Assembly: GCA_045863235.1 (NCBI GenBank)
Contig: BTUM01000034.1
Coordinates: 13,402-77,401 of the forward strand
Direction: 5' to 3'
DNA: 64,000 nucleotides
Source: Candidatus Xenobia bacterium
GTDB lineage: Bacteria > Vulcanimicrobiota > Xenobia > Xenobiales > QWHO01
Part shown: positions 43,848-52,248 of the stretch, piece by piece
Position numbering within the stretch: position 1 is the first letter of the stretch
Layout of the letters: every line of letters begins with the position of its first letter
The notes under the pieces: generated by a model
The model's input: the letters and a program-made list of their open reading frames with translations, nothing else
What the model was told of the DNA's origin: nothing
The model's database searches: none
Translations under genes and position numbers: made by a program

Positions 43848-44483
43848 GTGCTCACCATCCCTCCCCGCGATCCCTGGCGCTGGCTGGCCGGCCTGGCCGT
43901 CCTCTTGACCCTGGGCATTGCGCTCACGCTGCAGCTGGTCACTCGGCCCACCTCTTTACGCCAGCAGCACCTTCAGGCCGAATTGAGCCTGGAGCGGTGG
44001 CTTTCGGAGCTGGCCCAGGACCTGGCCCAGAGCTCCGAGGCGCGCCTGTTCCCCGATCGCTGCGAGCTGGTTCAGACTCGTCAGAGCGAGATTCGGCGTC
44101 CACTGGGCGGGCTGGTGCTGCTCTCCAGCCCTGTGCATCCCAGCGGGGGGAACCTGCAAGTCCTGGACGCCGCCAGCGGACAGAGCCTCCCCTTTCAAGC
44201 TCTGGGCCCTCGCCAGCTGACCGTGGAGAGCGCCGAGCCGGTGCGTATCCACTACCCGGTGGACAAGCTGACGGTCTACCTGGTGACGCCCGAATCGGGC
44301 GCCTTTGAAGTGGAGCGGCGCGATGCCAGCGGACACACCGAGGTGACCCGACTCAACGGAGAGCTGCGGGTCAGCTCGCTTCGGTTCGAGACCGAGGGCG
44401 AGCTGGTGCTGATCCGCCTGGAAGTCAGCCACCCCTCCGGGTGGAGCCTCAAGGGCCAGCGGTCGGTACGCTCCCATCCCTGA
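43848..44483 (+). CDS. Hypothetical protein with an N-terminal TM anchor
   Basis: Hydrophobic segment WLAGLAVLLTLGIALTL followed by a beta-rich domain. Confidence 0.55.
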   Translation: MLTIPPRDPWRWLAGLAVLLTLGIALTLQLVTRPTSLRQQHLQAELSLERWLSELAQDLAQSSEARLFPDRCELVQTRQSEIRRPLGGLVLLSSPVHPSGGNLQVLDAASGQSLPFQALGPRQLTVESAEPVRIHYPVDKLTVYLVTPESGAFEVERRDASGHTEVTRLNGELRVSSLRFETEGELVLIRLEVSHPSGWSLKGQRSVRSHP

Positions 44484-44543
44484 CGGCCCGTCAACACAAC
44501 GGCAAAGTCTGCAGGGGTCCGCCTGAATACAATCAGGCCCATC

Positions 44544-45554
44544 ATGGACGTACGCAAGAACAGCTACATGCCCGTCTGGTCGCCCGATGGCAGCAAGATG
44601 GCCTTTATCTCCAGCCGCACCGGCTCTTACCAGATCTGGACGATGAACGCCGATGGCACCGGCCAGCGCCAGGTGACCGATGGCAAGCGCCCCTACTTCT
44701 ATCCCAGCTGGTCGCCCGACAGCACCCAGCTGACCTTCCAGGGGCTGATCCATGAGGGCGAGCGGCTCGATTACGACATCTTCGCCTGCAAGGCCGATGG
44801 CACCGACATGCGCCAGTTGACCGACGACTGGTTCGACCAGGAGCAGCCGCTCTGGTCGCCCGACGGGAGCCAGATCCTGTACAAGTCCGAGTCCAAGGAA
44901 GGCGAGTGGGGCGGGCCGGACGAGCTGTGGACGGTGACCCCCGATGGCCGCACGGCCACCCAGCTCACCCACACCCCCACCGCTTACGAGTTCCAGCACA
45001 CCTGGTCGCCCGACGGCAGCAAGATCGCCTTCGTGTCCACCCGCGACACCCAAGAGCATGACGACATGAACCGCAACGAGATCTACGTGATGGACAAGGA
45101 CGGCTCCAACCAGCGCAAGGTGACCAACGAGCCCCAGGGCGCCTACAATCCGGCCTGGTCGCCCGACGGCACAAAGCTGGCCTACACCTGGCGGCGCAAG
45201 AACAGCGAGATCGCCGTCATCAACGAGGACGGGACCGGACGCCAGGTGCTCACCGATCTGCCCACCGAGGACATGTGGCCGGAGTGGTCTCCCGATGGCA
45301 GCACGATCGCCTTTACCAGCATGCGCAAGAACATCACCTTCGAGATGCGCACCGTGCCCGCGGACGGAGGCGAGGGAGCCACCTCGCTCCTGGCCGAGCC
45401 CATTGACGATCAGCAGCCCCACTACTCGCCCGACGGCAAGACCATCGCCTTCCACGCCGCGCGCGAGAAAGACGGCCTGGAGGACGTCTTTGCCTGCGAT
45501 GCCGATGGCAGCAACCTGCGCCGCCTGACGCCCTATCCCGAGCCCGCAAGGTGA
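44544..45554 (+). CDS. TolB-like PD40 beta-propeller protein
   Basis: Seven (P/T)x(W/Y)SPD repeats with IAF and xDGT/S-x-R-Q-(V/L)T linkers. Confidence 0.9.
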   Translation: MDVRKNSYMPVWSPDGSKMAFISSRTGSYQIWTMNADGTGQRQVTDGKRPYFYPSWSPDSTQLTFQGLIHEGERLDYDIFACKADGTDMRQLTDDWFDQEQPLWSPDGSQILYKSESKEGEWGGPDELWTVTPDGRTATQLTHTPTAYEFQHTWSPDGSKIAFVSTRDTQEHDDMNRNEIYVMDKDGSNQRKVTNEPQGAYNPAWSPDGTKLAYTWRRKNSEIAVINEDGTGRQVLTDLPTEDMWPEWSPDGSTIAFTSMRKNITFEMRTVPADGGEGATSLLAEPIDDQQPHYSPDGKTIAFHAAREKDGLEDVFACDADGSNLRRLTPYPEPAR

Positions 45555-45583
45555 GCTGACCGGCGGTCGCGAATTCTTCCTTT

Positions 45584-46015
45584 GTGGACGAGGTTCGCGA
45601 GTATCTCTACGACGGCGGCCAGGAGAACACCGGTCGCTTACCCTGGCTGATTCTCGCCATTCTGGGGTGTTTTCTCTCCTTCATGGCGGGCTATGCCATG
45701 ATCAACGGAATTCGGTTGGTCAACAGCCGGGCGGGGGCCATCGTGCTGGTCATGCTGCTCTCGGGCCCGGTGCTCCTCTCCATCTACCTCTCCCACTTGC
45801 TGCGCCACTACCAGTACAAGTCCACGCGCATCCTGGTCGACGCTCACGGTGTCACCATCCTCACAGCCGGAAGAGAGCGGCGCATCGAGCGCAAGGATCT
45901 CGACTACGTCCACCACACCGGCTCCATGCTCGAATTCCGCCTGCGCAATCAGGACCCCATCCTGCTGCCGGCCCGGTTTACCGACCAGGACGACCTGCTG
46001 GCCCGGCTCAGCTGA
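45584..46015 (+). CDS. Hypothetical membrane protein (2 TM + PH-like domain)
   Basis: Two TM helices followed by short beta strands. Confidence 0.65.
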   Translation: MDEVREYLYDGGQENTGRLPWLILAILGCFLSFMAGYAMINGIRLVNSRAGAIVLVMLLSGPVLLSIYLSHLLRHYQYKSTRILVDAHGVTILTAGRERRIERKDLDYVHHTGSMLEFRLRNQDPILLPARFTDQDDLLARLS

Positions 46016-46018
46016 GCG

Positions 46019-46333
46019 ATGGACCGGCTCAAAGCCCGCTGGGGCATCACCTCGGCCCGCCAGTTCTGGATCATCATGCTGGTTTTTGCCCTCACCGGCA
46101 CCAGCGCCGTGCTGGTCAAGAGGCTGGCCTTCGAGGCCATCGGGGTGACTCCTGACTGGCCCTGGTGGCAACGCACGCTGCTCTGGTGCGCCATCGTGCT
46201 GCCCGCCTACCAGGTGCTGCTGCTGGCTTACGGCGCGCTCTTCGGCCAGTTCCGCTTCTTCTGGTGGTTCCTCAAGAAGATGTTCGGGGTGCGCACGCCG
46301 CCGCCGATTCAGGCCGACTCGGCCGAGCGGTAA
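46019..46333 (+). CDS. Small membrane protein (DUF6787-like)
   Basis: LKARWGITS..QFWII.LVFALTG, LPAYQVLLL.YG.LFGQFRFFW. Confidence 0.75.
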   Translation: MDRLKARWGITSARQFWIIMLVFALTGTSAVLVKRLAFEAIGVTPDWPWWQRTLLWCAIVLPAYQVLLLAYGALFGQFRFFWWFLKKMFGVRTPPPIQADSAER

Positions 46334-48204
46334 CGGCCCAGGATGCGCACGAAGGGCAAGCTGGCAACGAGCCGTTGCAGCGCTTCTTCGAGCACCGAAC
46401 GGTCGGGCGGAGCCTCCAGATCCAGATAGAAGCGGTAGGTCCAGGGCGTGCCCGGGATGGGCCGCGATTCGAGCTTGACCAGATTGAGCCCGCTTTCGGC
46501 GAAGATGCCCAGCGAGCGATAGAGCGCTCCCGGAGTGTGCTCGGTTTCCAGCACCAGAGACAGCTTGTCGTAGTCGTCGGCGGCCGGTCCCTGGCGGGCC
46601 AGCACCACGAAGCGGGTGAAGTTCTGGGGATGGGTCTCGATGCTGGAGGCCAGCACCACCATCCCCAGGTTCTCGGCTGCCTCCAGGCTGGCGATGCCGG
46701 CCGCATCCAGCATGCCCTGCTCTTTCACCACCCGGGCGCTGCCGGCGGTATCATACATGCTGACCACCTGCCACTCGGGATGGCTGCGCAGGAACTGATC
46801 GCACTGGGCAGCGGCCTGGGGGTGAGAGTAGACCCGGCGGATGTCGGAGAGCTCCACCCCCGGATTGGCCAGCAGGTTGTGCACCACCCGCACCTTCAGC
46901 TCGCCCACGATGGCGAGCTCGGGGTATTCGAGCAGCTGGTCGTAGTTGACGTGGATGCTGCCCGTGAGCGAGTTCTCCACCGGCACCACGGCGTAGGCCA
47001 CCTGGCCCGAGGCCAGCGACTGAAAGACCTCGGGGAAGGCGGCGAAGGAGCGCAGCTCGAGGTCGGGTCCGAAGAACTGCCGGGCGGCTTTCTCGCTGAA
47101 GCTGCCGGTCTCGCCCTGCAGGGCCACGGTCAGGCCTTCACCGCGCACCTGCATGGGGCGGCTGGCCGGCGGCAGGCGGCGCGAGCGGCCCTCCACCTGG
47201 CGCCCCACCACGGGAGCGATCACGGCCAGGTCGCGCATCAGGCGATTCAGCTCGGCCGGATAAAGGCTCTGGGCGCCATCCGAGACGGCCTCGGGGGGAT
47301 TGGGGTGCATCTCGATCATCAGGCCATCGGCACCGGCGGCGGCCGCCGCCAGGGCCATGGCCGGCACATAGCCGCGATGGCCGGTGCCATGGCTGGGATC
47401 GGCCACCACCGGAAGGTGGCTGAGGCTGCGGATGACCGGGATGGCCGAGAGATCGAGCGTGTTGCGGGTGCTCGACTCGAAGGTGCGAATGCCCCGCTCG
47501 CACAGGATCACGCGCGCCTGGCGGTCGCCCGAAAGGATGTACTCGGCGGCCATCAAGAGCTCCTCGATGGTGGCCGCCAGGCCGCGCTTGAGCAGCACCG
47601 GCCTCCCGGCCTGACCCACGGCCTTCAACAGGTCGAAGTTTTGCATGTTGCGCGCCCCGATCTGGAGCACGTCGGCGTAGCGGCCCACCAGCTCGACCTG
47701 GGCGATGCTCATGACCTCGGTCACGATGGGCAGGCCGAACTCTTCGCGAGCCTCGGCCAGGATCTTCAAGCCTTCCTCCCCCATCCCCTGAAAGGCATAA
47801 GGAGAGGTGCGCGGCTTGAAGGCCCCGGCGCGCAGCATGGAGGCGCCCGACTCGTAGACCTGGCGGGCGGCCAGCAGCAGCCCCTCGCGGCTCTCCACCG
47901 AGCAGGGGCCGGCGATCACCACCAGTTGCGAGCCGCCCAGCGTGACCGGACCGACGGTCACGGTGGAGGTGGTGGGGACCACCTCGCGCGAGGCCAGCTT
48001 GTAGGGTTTGGAGACGCGGATCACCTCGGACACGCCGGGGAAGAAACTCACCTCGCGCGGGTCGGGCAGCCCGGTGCCGATGACGGCCACTACCGAGCGC
48101 TCGGCGCCGGCGATCACGCGCGTCTGCAGGCCGCGGGCCTCGAGCTTGGTCTGGATGAAGTCGATCTGGGCTTCACCTGCGTCGGGACGAAGGACGATGA
48201 TCAT
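46309..48204 (-). CDS. aroF-pheA: Fused DAHP synthase (type I-beta) - prephenate dehydratase
   Basis: N-terminal regulatory domain; IAGPCSVE, AFKPRTSPY, QIGARNMQNF, LCERGIR, DPSH; then LQGETGSFS, VPVENS, YSHPQA, NFTRF and ACT (PGAL, LESRP). Confidence 0.93.
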   Translation of the reverse strand: MIIVLRPDAGEAQIDFIQTKLEARGLQTRVIAGAERSVVAVIGTGLPDPREVSFFPGVSEVIRVSKPYKLASREVVPTTSTVTVGPVTLGGSQLVVIAGPCSVESREGLLLAARQVYESGASMLRAGAFKPRTSPYAFQGMGEEGLKILAEAREEFGLPIVTEVMSIAQVELVGRYADVLQIGARNMQNFDLLKAVGQAGRPVLLKRGLAATIEELLMAAEYILSGDRQARVILCERGIRTFESSTRNTLDLSAIPVIRSLSHLPVVADPSHGTGHRGYVPAMALAAAAAGADGLMIEMHPNPPEAVSDGAQSLYPAELNRLMRDLAVIAPVVGRQVEGRSRRLPPASRPMQVRGEGLTVALQGETGSFSEKAARQFFGPDLELRSFAAFPEVFQSLASGQVAYAVVPVENSLTGSIHVNYDQLLEYPELAIVGELKVRVVHNLLANPGVELSDIRRVYSHPQAAAQCDQFLRSHPEWQVVSMYDTAGSARVVKEQGMLDAAGIASLEAAENLGMVVLASSIETHPQNFTRFVVLARQGPAADDYDKLSLVLETEHTPGALYRSLGIFAESGLNLVKLESRPIPGTPWTYRFYLDLEAPPDRSVLEEALQRLVASLPFVRILGRYRSAESA

Positions 48205-48295
48205 CGCCCCCGAGTGTGGCCTTTCTGGGCTGAAAGAATGCTGAATGAGCGACGACCGGTCCTGGAAATCGACGACAGGAGGGGGCTCGAGCCCG

Positions 48296-48568
48296 GGTGG
48301 TACCGGGAGACTCCCCGGTACCGGGCTGGCTCCGGAGTATACCGGAATAGGGGCGGTACCGGGAGATTGCCCCGTACCGGGCTGGCTCCGGGGTATACTC
48401 CGGAATGAGGGCGGTACCGGGAGATTGCCCGGTACCGGCCTGGCTCCGGGGTATACGCCGGAATGAGGGCGGTACCGGGAGATTGCCCGGTACCGGGCTG
48501 GCTCCGGGGTACACGCCGGAATGAGGGCGGTACCGGGGGATTGCCCGGTACCGGGCTGGTGAGGGCGG
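48296..48568. repeat. Tandem array of a 58-bp palindromic unit (about 4.6 copies)
   Basis: Units start at 48296, 48352, 48410, 48468 and 48526; consensus GGCGGTACCGGGAGATTGCCCGGTACCGGGCTGGCTCCGGGGTATACGCCGGAATGAG. Confidence 0.95.
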
Positions 48569-48605
48569 CATGGGGAAATTCAGCGACGACGGGAGCGGTC
48601 GAAGC

Positions 48606-49964
48606 TCAAGGGCTCCAGGCCAGGCAGACGGCGGTCTGATCATCGCGCTGGCGGGACTCCTCCAGAAACTCGGTCAGCTCCGTCTTGAGGCGCTCCATCA
48701 AGCTGGCTGCGTCCAACGCGGCATTGCGGCTCAGGCAGGCCAGCAACCGTTGCTCGCCAAAGTCAGCCCCTTCCTCGCTTGCGCACTCGGTGATGCCGTC
48801 GGTGTAGAGGATGAGGCGGTCGCCGGGCTCGAGTCGCACGACCTCGTCTCGGAAGACGGTGTCCTCGAAGATTCCCAGGGGAAAGCTGCCCTCCGAATCG
48901 ACCACCCGGGCTCGAGACTCGTTCCGGCTCAGCTGCAGCGGCGGGGGATGGCCGCAGCGCACGAAGCTGAAGGTGCCCGTGCGGCTATCCAGGATGCCGT
49001 AGAGCAGGGTGAAGTACAGCCCGGCCGTGTGCGCTTGAGGGAAGCGCCGGTTGAGCTCGCCCGCCACGGCTGCCGGAGCCACCAGCTCAAAGCCTCCGCC
49101 CAGGCGCGGACGTCGGAGCAAGCCGCCCTGGCGGGGATTGGGGTGCAAAACCCGGCTGACCGAGACCGAAAGCAAGGCGGCCGGCACGCCATGGCCCGAG
49201 ACATCGAGCACCCAGACGGCCAGGTGATGATCGTCCAGAGCGAAGACGTTGAACATGTCGCCCGCCACGTGCGAGCAGGCCGTGAACATCCAGCCTACCT
49301 CCACGGCCTTGATGCGCGGAGCCTGCTGGGGCAAGAGCGCCCTTTGCACCCGCCCGGCGGCCGAAAGATCGGCTTTGAGCTGGCGGTGGCTGCGATCCAC
49401 CTCGTGGAAGCGGCGCAGCAGGTCGCGGCCGGCATCCTCGAGCAGGTCGAGCTGGCGCTCCAGCACTGCCTTACGGGGGTCGCGCACGCGCAGGGTCTGG
49501 TAGACCAGGCCCAGGGTCAACAGCATGGCCAGAAGGCTCTCCCCCTGGCTGGCCAGGGCGGCTCGTTGCCGACTGGAAGACGATTGCTCCTGCATGAGCA
49601 GGCCCACGCGAAAGGCCATCCGGCCGCAGTCGAGCTCGAGCTGGCGGAGGGAAGGGCGGGGCTCGAGGGGGGGGAAGATCACTGCCTCGCGGTCGGCGGG
49701 GGGCAGGGCCTCATAAAGCTGCAGAGCGTGACGCGCTTCCTCCAGGGGAGCCTCCTCATCGCTCTGACGGGTCAGAGAACGAACTCGCTCGAGCTGAACC
49801 GCAAGGTCCGACAGGGCCTGCTGGCGGCCCAGCTCACGCTCGAGCAGCTGGTCCTGCCAGCGGCCAAAGAAGAGCAGCAGTCCGGCCAGACCGACAAGCA
49901 GCACCATGCCCGGACGGCTGGCCGGGCGAGGACTTGGTGACTGCGGTAGCCTGTCGATGTCCAT
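48606..49964 (-). CDS. Membrane-anchored PP2C/SpoIIE-type phosphatase (RsbU-like)
   Basis: VQRALLP, VAGDMF, LDVSGHGVPAAL, CGHPPPL, LYTDGITE, DDQT; start estimated at ATG 49964. Confidence 0.9.
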   Translation of the reverse strand: MDIDRLPQSPSPRPASRPGMVLLVGLAGLLLFFGRWQDQLLERELGRQQALSDLAVQLERVRSLTRQSDEEAPLEEARHALQLYEALPPADREAVIFPPLEPRPSLRQLELDCGRMAFRVGLLMQEQSSSSRQRAALASQGESLLAMLLTLGLVYQTLRVRDPRKAVLERQLDLLEDAGRDLLRRFHEVDRSHRQLKADLSAAGRVQRALLPQQAPRIKAVEVGWMFTACSHVAGDMFNVFALDDHHLAVWVLDVSGHGVPAALLSVSVSRVLHPNPRQGGLLRRPRLGGGFELVAPAAVAGELNRRFPQAHTAGLYFTLLYGILDSRTGTFSFVRCGHPPPLQLSRNESRARVVDSEGSFPLGIFEDTVFRDEVVRLEPGDRLILYTDGITECASEEGADFGEQRLLACLSRNAALDAASLMERLKTELTEFLEESRQRDDQTAVCLAWSP

Positions 49965-50072
49965 GGCGATGCAACCCCCCGAGGCGGAAAAGCTGGCCAG
50001 ACCGCCCCGGATTCCAGCATAGAACAATCGACGAATTCGGTCTGTGAGACCGAGCACAACTTGAGGCCCTGC

Positions 50073-51332
50073 TCAGGCGGGAGCGCAAAAAGAGCGCAGG
50101 CGGCCGATTTCGGTCACGAAGCGCCCGCCTTTGACCGGGTCAAGCGGCTCGGCTTGCAGACCGGGGACCCGCTTGACCGCCTCGTAGCGATCGTCGGCGC
50201 ACTCCTCGGGACGACCGGCCAGGTTCCACACGCGGGCCCGCTCCAGCCAGACCTCGGCATCCTCGGGAAAGCGCTCGAGCAGGCCCGTCAGGTCGGCGCC
50301 GGCTGCCATCCAGTCGCCCAGGTGGACATTGGCCCGAGCCCGGTTGAAGAGCGCCGCTGGATGGTCGGGAACCAGCTTGAGAACAGCCTCGGTATCGGCC
50401 TGAGCGCGCGAGGCGTGACCCCGGGTGAGATAGCAGCCCGATCGGTTGATCAGCACCGGCACCCAGCCGGGAATCCGATGGAGCAGTTCGGCGTAGTCTT
50501 CCATGGCCTCGGGCACCCGGCCCTGGGACTGCAGCATGGCGGCGCGGAAAAAGAGGGCGTCGTTGTTTTGAGGGTTCAGAGTCACGGCTCGGGTAGCCGC
50601 CGCCAGAGCCTCCTTGGCCTGGCCGGCCCGGTCGAGCGCCTGGGCCAGCTCCAGGCTGACCTGAGAGACCTCATCCTTGTTGTCGGCCCGCGGATTGGCT
50701 TCCAGCAACCGCATGGCCTCCTTGCACAGGGCCACCGCCTCGGGATAACGGCGGCAACCGAGCAGGGCTTGAGCTCCCAGCCGGCAGGCCTCCACCGAGT
50801 GAGGCTGAGCGCGGGCCACCCTCTCGACGTCCTCCAGGGCCCGCTCGGCCTTCTTGAGGGCGATCAGCACGCGAGCCCGAGTGAGACGACGAGAAAGGTC
50901 ATCAGGCTGCATCTCCAGGGCGCGGTCCAGGAAAGGCAGAGCCTCCTGATAGCGCTCCTGGCGCACGAACAGGGCGCTCAGCTCAAAGGCGGCTTCGTTG
51001 AGACGAGAATCGAGCCGCAGCGCCTGCTCGAAGTCGGCGATGGCAGCCTCTACCTGGTTCAGCACCCGCCGACAGAGGCCGCGAAAAAAGAAGTGCCCGG
51101 CAACCTGGGGCTCGAGCTCGATCACCAGCTCGATGTCGGTATGAGCCAGATCGGTCTTGCCGGCCTCAGCCAGCAGGCGGGCCCGGGCCAGCAGAGCCGG
51201 CGCGAACTTCGGGGCCGCCTGAACGGCCTGATTGAGGCGCTCGAGACCCCCCTGAGCATCGCCCTGAGCGATCTTCTGCAGGCCCTCCTCGAGCAGCTTC
51301 TTGGCCTTTTCGTTCTTGTTGAAGATCAGCAC
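50073..51332 (-). CDS. Tetratricopeptide repeat protein
   Basis: Repeated TPR units (AIADFEQALRLD, ALFFRA, ALFNRA); start estimated at GTG 51332. Confidence 0.85.
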   Translation of the reverse strand: MLIFNKNEKAKKLLEEGLQKIAQGDAQGGLERLNQAVQAAPKFAPALLARARLLAEAGKTDLAHTDIELVIELEPQVAGHFFFRGLCRRVLNQVEAAIADFEQALRLDSRLNEAAFELSALFVRQERYQEALPFLDRALEMQPDDLSRRLTRARVLIALKKAERALEDVERVARAQPHSVEACRLGAQALLGCRRYPEAVALCKEAMRLLEANPRADNKDEVSQVSLELAQALDRAGQAKEALAAATRAVTLNPQNNDALFFRAAMLQSQGRVPEAMEDYAELLHRIPGWVPVLINRSGCYLTRGHASRAQADTEAVLKLVPDHPAALFNRARANVHLGDWMAAGADLTGLLERFPEDAEVWLERARVWNLAGRPEECADDRYEAVKRVPGLQAEPLDPVKGGRFVTEIGRLRSFCAPA

Positions 51333-51580
51333 GAAAATGCTTGTTTTTCCCGCAGGTGGACGAATCCTGCGACAGGGACGGGCGACCCGTCGCTCAAAGT
51401 CCACCCACAAAGTTTACAGAGCTGTAACCTGGTTCAATCGGCTCTAACAAACTCTGGCTCGGCATCCGCTACCATAGATGCTAGACCGCCTCCCTTCATT
51501 CCGGCCAAGAAACGCAGGGTAGCGGCGAGGAACGTTGCATCCCCACGGACACCGTGGGAGAACTCTGAGGAGGTCTTCCT

Positions 51581-52117
51581 ATGGCCAGCAAGGACCCCTT
51601 TGCCCCCGTTCAGCCAGTCTCGGCAACCCGTCCCAGCCCCATCGCCCTCGAATCGGGCTCCCCTCCAGGCTCCCCCCCCGGCCAGACCGATTCCGACCGA
51701 GCCGTGTTGTCCGAGGAGGCTTACGGGGAGGAGGACACCAGCCCCCTGGCCGGTGCGCTGGCGGCCAACTACAATGTCCAGGCCATCACCTTCCACCCCA
51801 CGGTCGAGAAGAACCAGGTCGTGGAGCCCAACCAGCCCCTGGGGAAGATCGAGACCAGCCTCGGCCCGAAGCCCCCGTCTCCGTCCCCCAGCCCCAACTC
51901 GGAACGACGCAGCGAGAGCGCCGCCGCGGGTACTCTGGAGGACGGGGGGGCCCTGGAGCAGGGAATCCCCCGCAACGGCAATTTCGTTTCCCTGCCCAAC
52001 AAAGCCGCGGTGCTCGAGCCGCTTTCGGCAGGCCCGGTGGGCGGCGATCGCTCCCCCCTGATGCAGGTCTTTCAGCAAGGTGCCAGCGAGCCGTCCCGAC
52101 TCGACCTGCTCGGCTGA
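51581..52117 (+). CDS. Hypothetical Pro/Ser-rich disordered protein
   Basis: GAGGAGG RBS; contains DRAVLSEEA. Confidence 0.6.
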   Translation: MASKDPFAPVQPVSATRPSPIALESGSPPGSPPGQTDSDRAVLSEEAYGEEDTSPLAGALAANYNVQAITFHPTVEKNQVVEPNQPLGKIETSLGPKPPSPSPSPNSERRSESAAAGTLEDGGALEQGIPRNGNFVSLPNKAAVLEPLSAGPVGGDRSPLMQVFQQGASEPSRLDLLG

Positions 52118-52248
52118 GGGATGTTAACTCATGGAGAAGACCTGTTAACGGAGAGTTCACACCGTTAACAACCTGGCAACACCCGCACCACCAGGGCCGG
52201 GACGTCCTGGGGTAGGATGGGTTCAAGAGACTGCCCAGGAGGTAGACC

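Noticed and set aside
48296..48568. CRISPR array
   Set aside because: The whole 58-bp unit repeats; there are no unique spacers and no cas genes in the window.
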